Source: Synechococcus sp.
GTDB taxonomy: Bacteria; Cyanobacteriota; Cyanobacteriia; PCC-6307; Cyanobiaceae
DNA length: 64,000 nucleotides
Direction: 5' to 3'
NCBI GenBank assembly: GCA_047285805.1
Contig: JBJBCN010000002.1
Coordinates: 32,001-96,000 of the forward strand
This document shows, piece after piece, positions 1 through 11,020 of this stretch. Every line of letters starts with the position of its first letter. Within the stretch, counting starts at the first letter, position 1. A model generated the notes under the pieces. That model was not told where the DNA came from, did no database searches, and worked only from the letters and a program-made list of their open reading frames with translations. The translations under genes were made by a program, and so were the position numbers.

Positions 1-905
1 TGGGCCTGCAGGGTGAACAGGCGCAGGGTCATCGGTGAGACCCCGGAATCCAGCAGGGCCCGGATAGTCGTGAAGTTGCCGAGGGATTTCGACATCTTCT
101 GGCCGCCCACATTGACCATGCCGTTGTGGAGCCAGTAGTGGGCAAGCTCTTTGCCGGTGGCGGCTTCCGATTGGGCGATCTCGTTCTCGTGGTGGGGGAA
201 GACCAGGTCCGCACCGCCAAGGTGGATGTCGATGGTGTCGCCGAGCTCCTCGCGCACCATCGCCGAGCACTCGATGTGCCAGCCCGGGCGCCCCTGGCCC
301 CAGGGTGAGGGGAAGCTGGGCTCGTCAGGTTTCGAGCCCTTCCAGAGGGCGAAATCAAAGGGATGTTGTTTGCGGGCTTCTTCGGTACTGGCGACCCGGC
401 CGGCGGCGTTGTCCTGCTGCTGCTCGAGATCCCGCCCGCTGAGTTTGCCGTAGCCGGCGTGCTTCATCACGGCGAAGTAAACGTCTCCATCGGCGGAGTA
501 GGCGGTCCCCTTGGCCTCTAGCTCACTGATCAGGGTGCGAATGGCATCGAGGCTGCGGGTGGCCCGCGGCATCCGATCCGCTGGAAGTATGTTCAGCCGT
601 CCCATGTCGGCGACGAAAGCCTCGATGTTGCGCTCGCTCACCGCGTCCATGGAGCTCCCTTCTTCACTTGCGCGGTTAAGGATCTTGTCGTCGATGTCGG
701 TGTAGTTCTGCACGAAGGTCACGGCGTAGCCGCTCCAACGCAGGTGGCGGCGAAGGATATCCCAGGCGATGTAGCTGCGGGCGTGGCCGAGGTGGCAGAG
801 GTCATAGACGGTGACCCCACAGCAGTAGATGCTGACCTTGCCAGGCTCGATCGGCGTGAACTCCTCGACGCGGCGGGTGAGGGTGTTGGTGAGCCGCAGG
901 GTCAT
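1..905 (-). CDS. cysS: Cysteine--tRNA ligase (5' part; runs off the window start)
   Basis: Manual translation from ATG at 905: [43 protein letters not shown] (HIGH-like), with KMSKSL near position 90. ATGA overlap with the polA stop. Absent from the ORF track because it is open-ended. Confidence 0.97.
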   Translation of the reverse strand, partial: MTLRLTNTLTRRVEEFTPIEPGKVSIYCCGVTVYDLCHLGHARSYIAWDILRRHLRWSGYAVTFVQNYTDIDDKILNRASEEGSSMDAVSERNIEAFVADMGRLNILPADRMPRATRSLDAIRTLISELEAKGTAYSADGDVYFAVMKHAGYGKLSGRDLEQQQDNAAGRVASTEEARKQHPFDFALWKGSKPDEPSFPSPWGQGRPGWHIECSAMVREELGDTIDIHLGGADLVFPHHENEIAQSEAATGKELAHYWLHNGMVNVGGQKMSKSLGNFTTIRALLDSGVSPMTLRLFTLQA

Positions 906-3835
906 TTCGCTTCCATCCAGTTGGGGCCAACTCCGGTCTCGACTACCAGGGGTACAGACAGGGTCACCGCGCGCTCCATGGTTTCACGCGTCAGGTTGAG
1001 CACCGCGTCCAGGGCGTCCGGTGCCGCCTCGAGCACCAGTTCGTCATGGACCTGTAGTAGCAGGCGCGCCGGCAGGCCGCTCCCGGTGAGCCGTTGCTGC
1101 AGTTGCACCATGGCCAGCTTGATGATGTCGGCGCTGGAGCCCTGGATGGGGGCGTTGGCGGCTGCTCGAAGTTGCTGGGCCTCCATGCCGCCGCGGCGGG
1201 CCACATCCAGCTCAATCTCAAGCGGGTCCTTGCCCAGGTGACGGCCCAGGCCGCTGGGATCGAAGGCGAAGGGGCGACGGCGCCCCAGGATCGTCTCGAC
1301 GTAGCCGCGGCTGAGGGCGAGGCGCTCTTGCAGTTCCAGGAAGGCGAAGACCTTCGGGTAGCGCTGCTTGTACTTGCTGAGGAACTCTTTGGCTTCGGCC
1401 TGGCTGACGCCGGTCTCCCGGGCGAAGCGCTGAACGCCCATCCCGTAGATCACCCCGAAGTTGATCGTTTTGCCGAGGCGGCGTTCGTCGCTGCTGACCT
1501 CGTCTTTGTCGAAGAGCAGCCGGGCGGTCAGGCCGTGGACATCGTCACCGTTTTGGTAGGCCTGAACCAGCACCTCTTCGCCGGAGAGGTGGGCCAGGAT
1601 CCGCAGCTCGATCTGGGAGTAGTCGGCGCTGATCAGCGTCCAACCGGCCTCGGGCAGGAAGGCTTTGCGGATGCGGCGGGAGAACTCCGTACGAACAGGG
1701 ATGTTCTGCAGGTTGGGGTTGCTGCTGGAGAGCCGTCCGGTGGCGGTCACGGCTTGGTTGAAGTCTGTATGGACCCGGCCGGTTTCCGGCTCCATCAGGG
1801 CCGGAAGAGCATCGACGTAGGTGCTCTTGAGTTTGCTCAAGGTGCGGTGCTCGAGCACCAGGGGCACCATCGGGTGGGCGTCCTCGAGCTTCTCGAGCAC
1901 GGTCGCATCGGTGCTCCAGCCGGTCTTGGTCTTGCGTGACTTTTTGCGATCGAGACCAAGGGTGTCGAAGAGCAGTTCCCCGAGTTGCTTCGGTGAGGCC
2001 AGGTTGAACTCGGTGCCGGCGGCCTCCTTGGCCTCCGTCTCCAAGCGCTCGAGGGTGGCCTTGAGTTCACGGCTGAGGCTGCCGAGGTAGTCGGTGTCGA
2101 TGCGAATCCCGGTGGCTTCCATCTGGGCCAGAACCGGCTCCAGGGGCAGCTCCACCTGATCGAGCAGTTTCGGCAGGGGGGCGCCCAGGGCCTCCAGTTG
2201 TCCTCGTAGCAGGGGGGTGAGCCGGTACGTGACATGGACATCCATGCCGCAGTAGAGAGCGGCATGGGCCATCGGGACCGCCGAGAAGTTGGCCCCCTTG
2301 GGTACCAGTTCGCTGTAGCTGGTGGGCAGGAAGCCGAAGTTGCGCTGGGCGAGCAGCTCCAGCCCGTGTTTGGCGTTGGCGTCCCGTAGGTAGTCCGCCA
2401 GCAGGGTGTCCATGACCACTCCGGCCAAGGGCAGGCCATGGCGCAACAGGATCAGCCGGTCGTACTTGGTGTTCTGGAGCGTTTTGGGGTGACCGGTGCT
2501 GCCCAGCCAGGGGGCAAGGGCCCCCAGCACCTGGTCCAGGGGCAGTTGGGGCGGATCGCTGAGTTCGGCCTGATGGCCCAGGGGGATATAGGCCAGGTCG
2601 CTGAGGCCTGGGCCCCAGCACACGCCCAGGCCGACGAGTTCGGCTTGGAAGGGATTGAGGCTGGTGGTTTCGGTGTCGACGGCCACCGGGCTCAGTGGGT
2701 CTGTGCAGGCCAGCAAGCGATGCACTAAGGCCTCAAGGGTTTCGGGTCTGGTGATCAATTGGGGCTCGAGAGCAGGCGTTTCGCTGGCCGTGTCCTCGAT
2801 GGCTTCGGGTTCGGGTGTGGCCTCGGCTTTCGCTGCTGGTTCGGCGGATGGCGTTGGGGGTTCGCTGGAGAAGACCGTGGCGAAGCTGTTCACCTGGCGA
2901 CGCAGGCTGAAGAGCTCCAGTTCCTCGAGGCTTTCGGCGAGGGAGTCGCCGTTGACGGAGCCCAGGGGAAGACGCGGGTCGCTGGGGAGCGGGATGTCCA
3001 CCAGGATCTCGGCGAGCATCCGCGAGCGGTAGGCGTTCTCCCGGTCCGAGCTGAGCTTGCCGAGCAGGGCCCCCTTCAGTGCCCCCTTGGGATCTTTGGC
3101 CTTGGGGCCAGCGGCGTCGAGCTGCTCCAGGGCGGCATAGATCCCGTCGAGATCGCCGTGGGCATTGAGCAGGTTGATGGCGGTCTTCGGCCCCACCCCT
3201 TTGACGCCGGGGATGTTGTCGCTGCTGTCCCCCGTGAGGGCCTTGAGATCGACAACCTCTTCTGGGGTGACCCCCAGCTTGGCGATGACGCCGTCGCGGC
3301 GGATCTCGAGGGGTCCGCTGCTCTTGGCATAGGGACCGCCCCCCATGTAGAGCACGGCGATGTCGCGCTCGTCGTCCACCAGCTGGAAGAGGTCGCGGTC
3401 TCCAGAGAGGATGCGCACCCGCCAGCCGTCATTGGCCGCCCGGTTGGCCAGGGTCCCTAGGACATCGTCGGCTTCGTAGCCGGGAGCCATGCAGAGGGGG
3501 ATGTCGAGGGCCTGCTGAAGGATCTGCTGCAGGTTCCCGAGGTCCTGGAAGAAGTGTTCCGGGGCTGCGTCACGATGGGCTTTGTAGGCCTCGTCAGCTT
3601 CATGGCGGAAGGTGGGCTCAGCTGTGTCAAAGGCGATGACCACCCCTTTGGGGGCCAGGCCTTTGCAGTTGTCCAGCAGGGCCTTGAGGAACCCGTAGGT
3701 GACCGAGGTCGGGATGCCCTCTTTGGTACTCAGTCCCCCCTCACCCCCTTTGCTGAAGGCGTAGAAGCTGCGGAAGGCCAGGGAGTGGCCATCCACCAGC
3801 AGCAGCAGGGGTTTGAGGGTGGTGCCGCCGGTCAA
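902..3835 (-). CDS. polA: DNA polymerase I
   Basis: 5'-3' exonuclease N-terminus ([26 protein letters not shown]), 3'-5' exonuclease-like DTET, polymerase motifs ADYSQIELR and LQVHDELV. Confidence 0.98.
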   Translation of the reverse strand: MTGGTTLKPLLLLVDGHSLAFRSFYAFSKGGEGGLSTKEGIPTSVTYGFLKALLDNCKGLAPKGVVIAFDTAEPTFRHEADEAYKAHRDAAPEHFFQDLGNLQQILQQALDIPLCMAPGYEADDVLGTLANRAANDGWRVRILSGDRDLFQLVDDERDIAVLYMGGGPYAKSSGPLEIRRDGVIAKLGVTPEEVVDLKALTGDSSDNIPGVKGVGPKTAINLLNAHGDLDGIYAALEQLDAAGPKAKDPKGALKGALLGKLSSDRENAYRSRMLAEILVDIPLPSDPRLPLGSVNGDSLAESLEELELFSLRRQVNSFATVFSSEPPTPSAEPAAKAEATPEPEAIEDTASETPALEPQLITRPETLEALVHRLLACTDPLSPVAVDTETTSLNPFQAELVGLGVCWGPGLSDLAYIPLGHQAELSDPPQLPLDQVLGALAPWLGSTGHPKTLQNTKYDRLILLRHGLPLAGVVMDTLLADYLRDANAKHGLELLAQRNFGFLPTSYSELVPKGANFSAVPMAHAALYCGMDVHVTYRLTPLLRGQLEALGAPLPKLLDQVELPLEPVLAQMEATGIRIDTDYLGSLSRELKATLERLETEAKEAAGTEFNLASPKQLGELLFDTLGLDRKKSRKTKTGWSTDATVLEKLEDAHPMVPLVLEHRTLSKLKSTYVDALPALMEPETGRVHTDFNQAVTATGRLSSSNPNLQNIPVRTEFSRRIRKAFLPEAGWTLISADYSQIELRILAHLSGEEVLVQAYQNGDDVHGLTARLLFDKDEVSSDERRLGKTINFGVIYGMGVQRFARETGVSQAEAKEFLSKYKQRYPKVFAFLELQERLALSRGYVETILGRRRPFAFDPSGLGRHLGKDPLEIELDVARRGGMEAQQLRAAANAPIQGSSADIIKLAMVQLQQRLTGSGLPARLLLQVHDELVLEAAPDALDAVLNLTRETMERAVTLSVPLVVETGVGPNWMEAK

Positions 3836-3841
3836 AACGCC

Positions 3842-4399
3842 CTGGAAATTAAGTGGACCCAGCCTGGCAGAAGGGGCCGGGCTGCTTTTAGCGCCTGCGG
3901 CCGTTATCGCTGGTGGCTCGAGCGGCAGTGGCAGCCGCAGGCCCCGCGGTTGCTCTTCATCGGCCTGAATCCCTCCCTGGCCAATGGCAAGCGGGATGAC
4001 CCGACCCTGCGGCGGTTACTGGGCTTCGCCCAGTCCTGGGGCTATGGGGCGCTGGAGGTGCTGAATCTGTTTTCACGCATTTCCCCCACTCCTGCCGTGC
4101 TGAGGCGCAGTGCCGATCCCATCGGTCTGGAGACCGACCCATGGTTGCGGCGGCGCCTTGCGCACCTGGCGAGCTCGCCAGGATCGGCGGTCTGGCTTGG
4201 CTGGGGCAATGGCGGGCAATGGCGGGGCCGCGATCGGGCGGTTGCGTTGATCTTGCTCCAACAGGACCTGCCGCTGTTGGCCCTGGGGCTGACCGCCAGC
4301 GGCCAACCCCGCCATCCGCTTTATGCCGCCAAGGCTGCGCGGCCGCTGCGTTTGCCCCATTCTGGGGAGGAGCTTCGGTCTGGTTTCGCCCTCCGGTGA
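3842..4399 (+). CDS. DUF1643 family protein (start uncertain)
   Basis: Motifs FSxCGRYRWWLxRxW, FIGLNPS, DDPT, NLF, GWG and LGLTASGQPRHPLY, in the C-terminal part of ORF 3554..4399. Confidence 0.8.
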   Translation: MEIKWTQPGRRGRAAFSACGRYRWWLERQWQPQAPRLLFIGLNPSLANGKRDDPTLRRLLGFAQSWGYGALEVLNLFSRISPTPAVLRRSADPIGLETDPWLRRRLAHLASSPGSAVWLGWGNGGQWRGRDRAVALILLQQDLPLLALGLTASGQPRHPLYAAKAARPLRLPHSGEELRSGFALR

Positions 4400-4647
4400 C
4401 CCGCACCCCCAGCCGCTACGCGAGCCATCTGCTGCTGTCTGGAGGGCATGATCAGGTGGTGCACTGCCCCAGCCTGGATGCCTTCCAGCAGTGGTAGGGA
4501 ATGGTGCTGAACGCCGGTCCTGCAGATGCCTTCATTAATGTCCCAATCACCGAGCTCCCCGGGGAATATCTGGTGGTCCGCCCCATCGCCGTGAAGGGGA
4601 TTCGAGTGGAGCCGGTCTTCGGCGCCCTCGATGACGATGACCTCTGA
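4396..4647 (+). pseudogene. Small conserved-looking cyanobacterial protein interrupted by an in-frame TAG at 4495-4497
   Basis: GTG overlaps the DUF1643 TGA. Frame reads VTRTPSRYASHLLLSGGHDQVVHCPSLDAFQQW*GMVLNAGPADAFINVPITELPGEYLVVRPIAVKGIRVEPVFGALDDDDL*. From memory it resembles an ~83-aa cyanobacterial hypothetical family on both sides of the stop. Confidence 0.65.
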
Positions 4648-4757
4648 GTTGATCTGGGGTTTTTACCTTCTTTGAGGGGGCCTTGGCGTGCTTGGTTGCG
4701 CGCCTTAGCGGCTGGCATCCCGGGCGGCGCGCTCAAGTACCTGGTGTTCTTGACGAT

Positions 4758-6188
4758 CTAGAGGCTGCGCTCGATGCGAGCCCGGGCCTCACCGCTGGGC
4801 TGGAGCAGCAGCCAGGTGGTCAGCAGATCGGGGCCCTGGAGGCTGCCGAGTAGGGCGGCCCGCAGGGTTTTCATCAGCACGCCTTTCTTGACTCCGGCCG
4901 CCGCGACGGCCTTGCCCAGGAGCTCCTGGGCGGCCTCGGTGCTCAGGGGTCCCTCCGGGAGATGCTCCAGCAGGGCCTTCAGGGCTGGACGGGCACCCTC
5001 CAGATCGAGTTGCTTAAGGGCCGCTTCACTCAGCTCAGGCCGCTCAAAGAAGGGGCAGGCCTGCTCGAGGCCGTCCTTGAGGGTGACGAGAGAGGGGCCG
5101 ATGAGGGCGCAGAGCTCCTTCAACCAAGTCACATCGCTGTGGGTCCACCCCTGGGCGCTCCACTGGGGCTCAAGTTCCGCCAGCAGCTGCCCGGGACTCC
5201 GTTCATGAAGCACCTGGCTGTTCAGCCAGTTCAGCTTGTCCCAGTCGAAGCGGGCTCCGGCCTTGTTGACCCGATCGAAGCTAAAGACCTTGGCGGCGTC
5301 GTTGAGGTTGAATCGCTCCTCCATGCCCTCCGGCGGGGACCAGCCCAGCAGGGTCATGTAGTTGGCCAAGGCTTCCGCGGTGTAGCCCTCCTCGCGGAAG
5401 TCATTGACCGAGGTGACCCCATCGCGCTTGGAGAGCTTTTTACCCTCCTTGTTCAGGATCAAGGGGGTGTGGGCGAATTTGGGGGCAGGTGCGCCAAGGG
5501 CGCCGTAGAGCAGCAGCTGCTTGGCTGTATTGGCGATGTGGTCTTCGCCGCGGATGACATGGCTGATGGCCATGGCGGCGTCATCCACGACCACCACCAG
5601 GTTGTAGAGGGGGTCGCCGATCTGATCTGCAGGGGCCCGGCGGGCAATGACCATGTCGCCGCCAAGGTCGCTGCCGGACCAGCGCATGGCACCACGGACC
5701 AGGTCGTTCCAGGTGATGACGGCATCGTCGTCAATGCGGAAGCGAATGGTTGCTTCTCTTCCTTCTGCGATGAATGCCTGCTCCTGTTCCGGGCTCAGGT
5801 TGCGGTGAAGGTTGTCGTAGCGGGGTGCGCGGTTGGAGGCCGCTTGCTGCTCACGCATTTCGGTGAGCTCTGCTTCGGTGGCGTAGCAGCGGTAAGCCTT
5901 GCCCGATTCCAGCAATTGCTGAATGGCGGCGCGATGGGCCTCTATCCGCTCGCTCTGGATGACGGGTTTCGCGTCCCAGTCAATCCCGAGCCACTGCAGG
6001 CCCTCGAGGATGTTGGTCGTGTACTCGGATTTGCTGCGCTCTTTGTCGGTGTCCTCAATGCGCAGCAGAAATTCGCCACCAAGGTGCCTGGCAAACAGCC
6101 AGTTGAAGACTGCTGTACGCGCGGTACCGATGTGGAGGGTTCCAGTCGGACTGGGGGCGAGACGCACACGTACCGCCGCTCCAGTCAC
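4758..6188 (-). CDS. gltX: Glutamate--tRNA ligase
   Basis: [31 protein letters not shown] and KLSKR motifs; start at GTG 6188 is approximate. Confidence 0.98.
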   Translation of the reverse strand: MTGAAVRVRLAPSPTGTLHIGTARTAVFNWLFARHLGGEFLLRIEDTDKERSKSEYTTNILEGLQWLGIDWDAKPVIQSERIEAHRAAIQQLLESGKAYRCYATEAELTEMREQQAASNRAPRYDNLHRNLSPEQEQAFIAEGREATIRFRIDDDAVITWNDLVRGAMRWSGSDLGGDMVIARRAPADQIGDPLYNLVVVVDDAAMAISHVIRGEDHIANTAKQLLLYGALGAPAPKFAHTPLILNKEGKKLSKRDGVTSVNDFREEGYTAEALANYMTLLGWSPPEGMEERFNLNDAAKVFSFDRVNKAGARFDWDKLNWLNSQVLHERSPGQLLAELEPQWSAQGWTHSDVTWLKELCALIGPSLVTLKDGLEQACPFFERPELSEAALKQLDLEGARPALKALLEHLPEGPLSTEAAQELLGKAVAAAGVKKGVLMKTLRAALLGSLQGPDLLTTWLLLQPSGEARARIERSL

Positions 6189-6211
6189 TGGCGTTAACCT
6201 CAAGGTGGGAA

Positions 6212-6285
6212 CGGGACTGACGGGATTCGAACCCGCAACTTCCGCCGTGACAGGGCGGTGCTCTAACCGGTTGAACTACAGTCCC
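6212..6285 (-). tRNA. tRNA-Asp(GTC)
   Basis: Reverse complement GGGACTGTAGTTCAACCGGTTAGAGCACCGCCCTGTCACGGCGGAAGTTGCGGGTTCGAATCCCGTCAGTCCCG folds as a cloverleaf with anticodon GTC. Confidence 0.97.
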
Positions 6286-6355
6286 TTGAGTGCTCTAAGA
6301 GCTCTCTACGATTGGGATTTCAAGGCCCCAGCCATATCGCCTCGGCGACCTCAAA

Positions 6356-6385
6356 AGTATCCGTTGTCGCCCTGCCCTCCGTCAA
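6356..6385 (-). promoter_or_regulatory. Putative sigma70 promoter for tRNA-Asp/gltX
   Basis: Minus strand TTGACG-N18-GATACT about 70 nt upstream of tRNA-Asp. Confidence 0.45.
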
Positions 6386-6438
6386 TACACTCGCCTCTGA
6401 ACAGGGCAAACCTTGCGAACTGGCACGGGCTGAGCAAC

Positions 6439-6463
6439 AAAAAAGCCCACCTTGGGCGGGCTT
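6439..6463 (-). terminator. Rho-independent terminator after PSHCP
   Basis: Minus strand AAGCCCGCC-CAA-GGTGGGCTT followed by TTTT. Confidence 0.75.
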
Positions 6464-6490
6464 GAGAGGTGATGAGCGGAGCCCAAGCGT

Positions 6491-6679
6491 TCAGGGGCGG
6501 AAACCGGCGGGTTCGATCAGGCGGACCTGATTGCCACGAGCAGTGAACTCACGGCCTTGGTCGCTTTGGACGACAACGCGACCGCCGGATTTGACGCGGA
6601 TAACCCGGGCACGGACCCAGCCGAGGGCGGCGGATTCCAGAACCTTGACCACATCACCGGGCTGTAGATCCAACTCCAT
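6491..6679 (-). CDS. Prochlorococcus/Synechococcus hyperconserved protein (PSHCP/Hcp), 62 aa
   Basis: MELDLQPGDVVKVLESAALGWVRARVIRVKSGGRVVVQSDQGREFTARGNQVRLIEPAGFRP in the known rplS-tRNA-Trp-PSHCP-tRNA-Asp-gltX context. Confidence 0.92.
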   Translation of the reverse strand: MELDLQPGDVVKVLESAALGWVRARVIRVKSGGRVVVQSDQGREFTARGNQVRLIEPAGFRP

Positions 6680-6716
6680 GTCCGGAAACGAGAGACTGCA
6701 GGTAGGGGACATCGAA

Positions 6717-6789
6717 CGCGCCGTGGAGGACTTGAACCCCCGACATCAGGTTTTGGAGACCTGCGTTCTACCAACTGAACTAACGGCGC
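6717..6789 (-). tRNA. tRNA-Trp(CCA)
   Basis: Reverse complement GCGCCGTTAGTTCAGTTGGTAGAACGCAGGTCTCCAAAACCTGATGTCGGGGGTTCAAGTCCTCCACGGCGCG, anticodon CCA. Confidence 0.97.
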
Positions 6790-6839
6790 AGGGCCGATGT
6801 CCCCTCGTCAAAGACCTCTGAAAACCAGATGTCTTTAGT

Positions 6840-6862
6840 GGCCACGACGGTTTGACGTGGCC
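6840..6862. other. Hairpin between rplS and tRNA-Trp
   Basis: Perfect 7-bp inverted repeat GGCCACG-N9-CGTGGCC with no U tract. Confidence 0.4.
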
Positions 6863-6884
6863 GTGTTGATTGAGGCGGTGAGCC

Positions 6885-7388
6885 TCAGCGATCGAAGCGC
6901 TGCTTGACTCGAGTGGCTTTGCCCACCCGGTCCCGCAGATAGAAGAGCTTCGCCCGACGCACCTTACCGCGGCGCTCCACCTTGATGGAAGCTACCTGGG
7001 GGCTGTGGATCATGAAGACGCGCTCGACGCCGACGCCCTGGAAGATGCGGCGAACAGTGATGGTCTCGTTGAGGCCACCGTGGCGCTTGGCGATGATCAC
7101 GCCTTCGTAGGGCTGGATGCGCTCTTTGTTGCCCTCTTTGATGCGAACGCCAATCCGTACGGTGTCACCGACGTAGATGTCGGGGAGCTCCTTCGGGTTC
7201 TTGGCGATCTGCTCGGCCTCAAAGGCCTGCATCAGCGCATGGGCGCTGAGCTTGCCCACGGTTGCTTTAGCGGCAGCGGGCTTTTCGGCCACAGCTACGG
7301 CGGAGTCAGTTGCAGCCTCGGTGCTGGCGGCTTCCTGGGTCTCTTCGTTCTTGATCTCGTCGGTCATGTCCTTGGAATCCGCTGCCAT
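6885..7388 (-). CDS. rplS: 50S ribosomal protein L19 with Ala/Glu-rich N-terminal extension
   Basis: [23 protein letters not shown]...[14 protein letters not shown]. Confidence 0.98.
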   Translation of the reverse strand: MAADSKDMTDEIKNEETQEAASTEAATDSAVAVAEKPAAAKATVGKLSAHALMQAFEAEQIAKNPKELPDIYVGDTVRIGVRIKEGNKERIQPYEGVIIAKRHGGLNETITVRRIFQGVGVERVFMIHSPQVASIKVERRGKVRRAKLFYLRDRVGKATRVKQRFDR

Positions 7389-7431
7389 CCAGCTCCGTGA
7401 AAACGCCTTGCCAAACAACCACTGTACTGGC

Positions 7432-7737
7432 TCAAGGTGCCCCCGATTCTCGGGAGCGCAGATGCCAGAGCCGGCGGATCGCCAGGGTGGTGCCTGTCAC
7501 CAGCATCCATAGCAGACCGAGCCCATTCAAGAGGACGTAAAACTGCTCGGCGGCTGGGCCGAGCCATTCCCCCTCATGCAGGACCATCAGCCAATGAACC
7601 TGGTCGTGGCCCAGGCCTCCCCAGTCCTTGAGCAGGCGGTAGGCCATGCCGCTGCAGACCGTGAGCAACAGGGGCACCACCACCACGGGTGCCACAGCGG
7701 CATGCAGGCGGCGCATCCAGGCCAAGGTCGCTTTCAT
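7432..7737 (-). CDS. PepSY-associated TM helix small membrane protein
   Basis: RRLH...PLLLTVCSG...[10 protein letters not shown]...[11 protein letters not shown] pattern with 2 TM segments. Confidence 0.7.
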   Translation of the reverse strand: MKATLAWMRRLHAAVAPVVVVPLLLTVCSGMAYRLLKDWGGLGHDQVHWLMVLHEGEWLGPAAEQFYVLLNGLGLLWMLVTGTTLAIRRLWHLRSRESGAP

Positions 7738-7818
7738 GTGGTCTCGCCAGGGCTGTCGCGCGCGGCACAGATCGGGCTTCAGGTTCTAACTTGCCAATAG
7801 CAGGCCTGTACTGACGCG

Positions 7819-8685
7819 ATGAACCTCTTTGCTGATTTGCTGGCCGCCACCCAGAAAGACCAGGGTCAGGTGCCTCAGTCGGTGGTCACCCAGACCGGTC
7901 CCCGTATCCAAAAAAGCCGACGCGGGGTTGAGGTCAAAAGTCCGCGTGAAATCGAGACCATGCGCCAGGCCAGCCGGATTGTGGCCACAGTCCTGCGCGA
8001 AATCATGGAGCTGGCCCAACCCGGCATGACCACGGGTGATCTCGACGCCCATGCTGAAAAGCGGATTCGGGAGATGGGTGCCGTCCCGAGTTTCAAGGGC
8101 TACCACGGTTTCCCAGCCAGCATCTGCGCCTCCATCAATAGTGAGGTCGTTCACGGCATCCCGAGCAACAAGCGGGTGATCAAGCCGGGTGACCTCGTCA
8201 AGGTGGACACCGGCGCCTACTTCGACGGTTATCACGGCGACAGCTGCATCAGCCTGTTGGTCGGCGAGGGCGCCTCCCAGGAGGCGCAGGACCTGGCGCG
8301 AGTCGCCCAGGAGTCCCTGATGAAGGGCCTGGCCACCGTGAAGGCCGGCAGCACCTTGATGGAACTAGCAGGAGCCGTCCAGGACCATGTCGAGGCCAAC
8401 GGCTTCGCGGTGGTGGAGGACTACACCGGTCACGGCGTCGGTCGAAACCTGCACGAGGAGCCTTCGGTCTTCAACTACCGCACCCGGGAGCTGCCCAACC
8501 TGAAGCTGCGCCCGGGCATGACCCTGGCTGTCGAGCCGATCCTCAATGCCGGCAGCAACGCTTGCCGCACCTTGAAGGACCGTTGGACCGTGGTGACTGT
8601 GGACGGCAGCCTCTCGGCCCAGTGGGAGCACACGATCGCGGTGACCAGCGACGGCTGCGAAATCCTGACGGACCGCGACTTCTAA
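7819..8685 (+). CDS. map: Type I methionine aminopeptidase
   Basis: [40 protein letters not shown] metal ligands. Confidence 0.97.
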   Translation: MNLFADLLAATQKDQGQVPQSVVTQTGPRIQKSRRGVEVKSPREIETMRQASRIVATVLREIMELAQPGMTTGDLDAHAEKRIREMGAVPSFKGYHGFPASICASINSEVVHGIPSNKRVIKPGDLVKVDTGAYFDGYHGDSCISLLVGEGASQEAQDLARVAQESLMKGLATVKAGSTLMELAGAVQDHVEANGFAVVEDYTGHGVGRNLHEEPSVFNYRTRELPNLKLRPGMTLAVEPILNAGSNACRTLKDRWTVVTVDGSLSAQWEHTIAVTSDGCEILTDRDF

Positions 8686-9428
8686 GCCCCTCGGCTCACC
8701 AGTCCGAAGTAGGCCCAGCGGCTCAAGGTGGCCAGGGGCATCAATACATAGGTCAAGGGGTTGGGGGTCACGATCACCAGCCCTAATCCCCACTGGGTTT
8801 GCCTAAGGATTTCCCGGGCCACAAAGTCTGCGGACATCAGCCCAATCGGATTGAGGGCGGAGCGGAAGGGCCCGAGCACCAGGCGGCGGATCCGGAAGTT
8901 GGGACCGGCCAGATCCAGGCTGCGCAGGCTCAGCAGTTGGCCCTGGAGCCGTTTGCTGATCTCGTAGAGCGGGCTAACCGCCGCTTGGATCTCTGCTTCC
9001 GAGGTGTTGATCCAGATCTCTCTGGGGGGGCTGCCGTCGTCCTGCTGGGCAAAGAGCTCGAGCAAGCGCCAGCTGCTCAGGGCATTGACCTCGAGGGAGC
9101 GTTGGATGGCCTCCGGGCTGCGCTCGCTATGGCAGTTCAGGCCATGATTGACCACAAGGATGTCGGTGCGGGCAAGGACTCCGCTGAGGTCTTGCTCTTG
9201 CCCCACGCTCCAGCGCACCTGCTCAAGGGGAACGGGCTCGCCGGAGCTGCGCTCCAGCAACAGCGGCTGATCGCTGCTGGTCAGCGCGATCAGCCCGGCG
9301 CCGGCGGCATCGAGCTGCAGCAGCAGGGCGCGCCCCAGGCTGCCGCTGGCTCCTGTGACGGCGACGGTGCGTCCTTGAAAGCGAGGCAGTCCCATGCGGC
9401 GGTGGGCGATTGCCTTAGCTTGCGCCAT
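8682..9428 (-). CDS. SDR family oxidoreductase
   Basis: TGASGSLG Rossmann motif, NHG, YEISK (YxxxK); start could be at 9455. Confidence 0.85.
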   Translation of the reverse strand: MAQAKAIAHRRMGLPRFQGRTVAVTGASGSLGRALLLQLDAAGAGLIALTSSDQPLLLERSSGEPVPLEQVRWSVGQEQDLSGVLARTDILVVNHGLNCHSERSPEAIQRSLEVNALSSWRLLELFAQQDDGSPPREIWINTSEAEIQAAVSPLYEISKRLQGQLLSLRSLDLAGPNFRIRRLVLGPFRSALNPIGLMSADFVAREILRQTQWGLGLVIVTPNPLTYVLMPLATLSRWAYFGLVSRGA

Positions 9429-9453
9429 CCTCGGCGCAGAGGATGGTGCTGGC

Positions 9454-9840
9454 ATGTCGGCGGGGCTGGTGGCCTTGTTCCCTCCCTATTGCCAACGGAG
9501 CGCGCGCCCGGAGGAGCTGGAGCAAGCGCTCGAGACCTTGGCCCGTGTCTCCTGCACGGGGGTGTGTGAGCTCAAGCCGACCAGGCCGCGACCGTTTCGC
9601 CTCCGCTGGAGGGCGGGGGTGGCGCCCGCCGAGCCGGCGCAGTTGGAGTTGGTGGTTGAGGCGGATCCTTCTCGCCCGTCGCCAGCCTTGCCCGGGGCCT
9701 CCTACAGCTGTTCGGTTGCCACCTCCCAGCTGGTGCTTTGGTTGATGGATCGCCAGGGCCCAGAGGGTGCGGCGGATCTGCCGGAGAGCTTCTGGCAATG
9801 GTTGTTGCTCGGGCTCGAGCCGAGCCCTTGCACCCCTTAG
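9454..9840 (+). CDS. EbsA-like protein (divergent; type IV pilus/secretion associated)
   Basis: LFPPYC N-terminus and DLPESFWQWLL C-terminus; sits directly upstream of the DRTGG gene as ebsA does in other cyanobacteria (recalled context). Confidence 0.5.
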   Translation: MSAGLVALFPPYCQRSARPEELEQALETLARVSCTGVCELKPTRPRPFRLRWRAGVAPAEPAQLELVVEADPSRPSPALPGASYSCSVATSQLVLWLMDRQGPEGAADLPESFWQWLLLGLEPSPCTP

Positions 9841-9864
9841 ATTCAGCGAAAGAACTGGGGTGAC

Positions 9865-10983
9865 ATGGTCCAGGGCAATGCGGCGAATCACGCTTCCCCC
9901 GCCCTGTTGATCGGTTCCTGTGCGCCCTTCAGTGGCAAATCAGCGGTCGTGTTGGGTATGGCCCGCCAGCTGCTTCAGCGGGGAGTCACGGTCAGGCTCG
10001 GTAAACCCCTTGCCGATAGTGCGGACGCCAGCGGCTCCGAGGTGTCCGGTCCCCTGATTGACGACGACGTGCGTTTCGTCGGCCAGATCCTTGGGTTGAA
10101 GGACGACCAGCTGGTTCCCTCGATTCACCTCAAGGACGGCGAAGCGGCCCGCGGACGCTTGCTTGATGGAAACCTCCAGCCAGGGGCCGGCTTTGAGCAG
10201 CTGCGGCAGCAACTGCAGGCTTCTAGCGATGGTCTGACCTTGATGGAGGCCTCCGGAAGCCTCAACGATGGTCGGCTCTATGGCCTGAGCCTGGCCCAGG
10301 TGGCCCAAGGTCTTCAGGCACCGGTTCTCTTGGTCCATGCCTGGGAAGACAGCAGCAGCGTGGAGCCGTTGCTCGCTGCCTGCGATCAGTTGGGTGACCT
10401 GTTGGCTGGGGTGGTCCTCAACGGGGTTCCCCCCGCGCAGGTTGCGGCACTGCGTACCGAGGTGGTTCCGGCGCTGGAGCGTTTGGGTCTGCCGGTGCTG
10501 GGTGTGATGCCCCGCTCTCCGCTGCTGCGCAGCGTCACGGTAGAGGAGTTAGCCCGCCGGCTCGATGCCCGCACCCTGTGCTGCACAGAGCGCCACGATC
10601 TGCTGGTGGAGACGCTTTCCATTGGTGCGATGAACGTGAACTCCGCCATGGAGTTTTTCCGTCGTCGCCGCAACATGGCGGTTGTGACCGGTGCAGACCG
10701 GACCGACATCCAACTGGCGGCCCTCGAGGCCTCCACCCAGTGTTTGATCCTCACGGGCGCAGGCGATCCGCTCCCCCAATTGATTTCTCGGGCGGAGGAA
10801 CTGGAGGTTCCCTTGCTCAAGGTGGACCACGACACCTTGACCACTGTTGGTGTTATTGAAAACGCCTTTGGCCAGGTCCGGCTGCATGAATCGGTGAAGG
10901 CCACCTACGCCTTCCGCCTGGTGGAAGAGCATTGTGATTTTGAGCGGCTTTTTAGTCGTCTACGCCTGCCAGTCCCTGCTTAA
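9865..10983 (+). CDS. Phosphotransacetylase N-terminal-like (BioD-like + DRTGG) protein
   Basis: SGKS P-loop, GKP, IGAM and VTGADRTDIQLAAL...LILTG DRTGG domain. Confidence 0.9.
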   Translation: MVQGNAANHASPALLIGSCAPFSGKSAVVLGMARQLLQRGVTVRLGKPLADSADASGSEVSGPLIDDDVRFVGQILGLKDDQLVPSIHLKDGEAARGRLLDGNLQPGAGFEQLRQQLQASSDGLTLMEASGSLNDGRLYGLSLAQVAQGLQAPVLLVHAWEDSSSVEPLLAACDQLGDLLAGVVLNGVPPAQVAALRTEVVPALERLGLPVLGVMPRSPLLRSVTVEELARRLDARTLCCTERHDLLVETLSIGAMNVNSAMEFFRRRRNMAVVTGADRTDIQLAALEASTQCLILTGAGDPLPQLISRAEELEVPLLKVDHDTLTTVGVIENAFGQVRLHESVKATYAFRLVEEHCDFERLFSRLRLPVPA

Positions 10984-11020
10984 ACACTGCTAATTTTGAA
11001 GTGTCAGCTGGTGTTATGCG

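Noticed and set aside
4648..4757. Short + strand frame after the split ORF (…[18 protein letters not shown]) as a possible gene remnant
   Set aside because: Too short, with no convincing start or family motif
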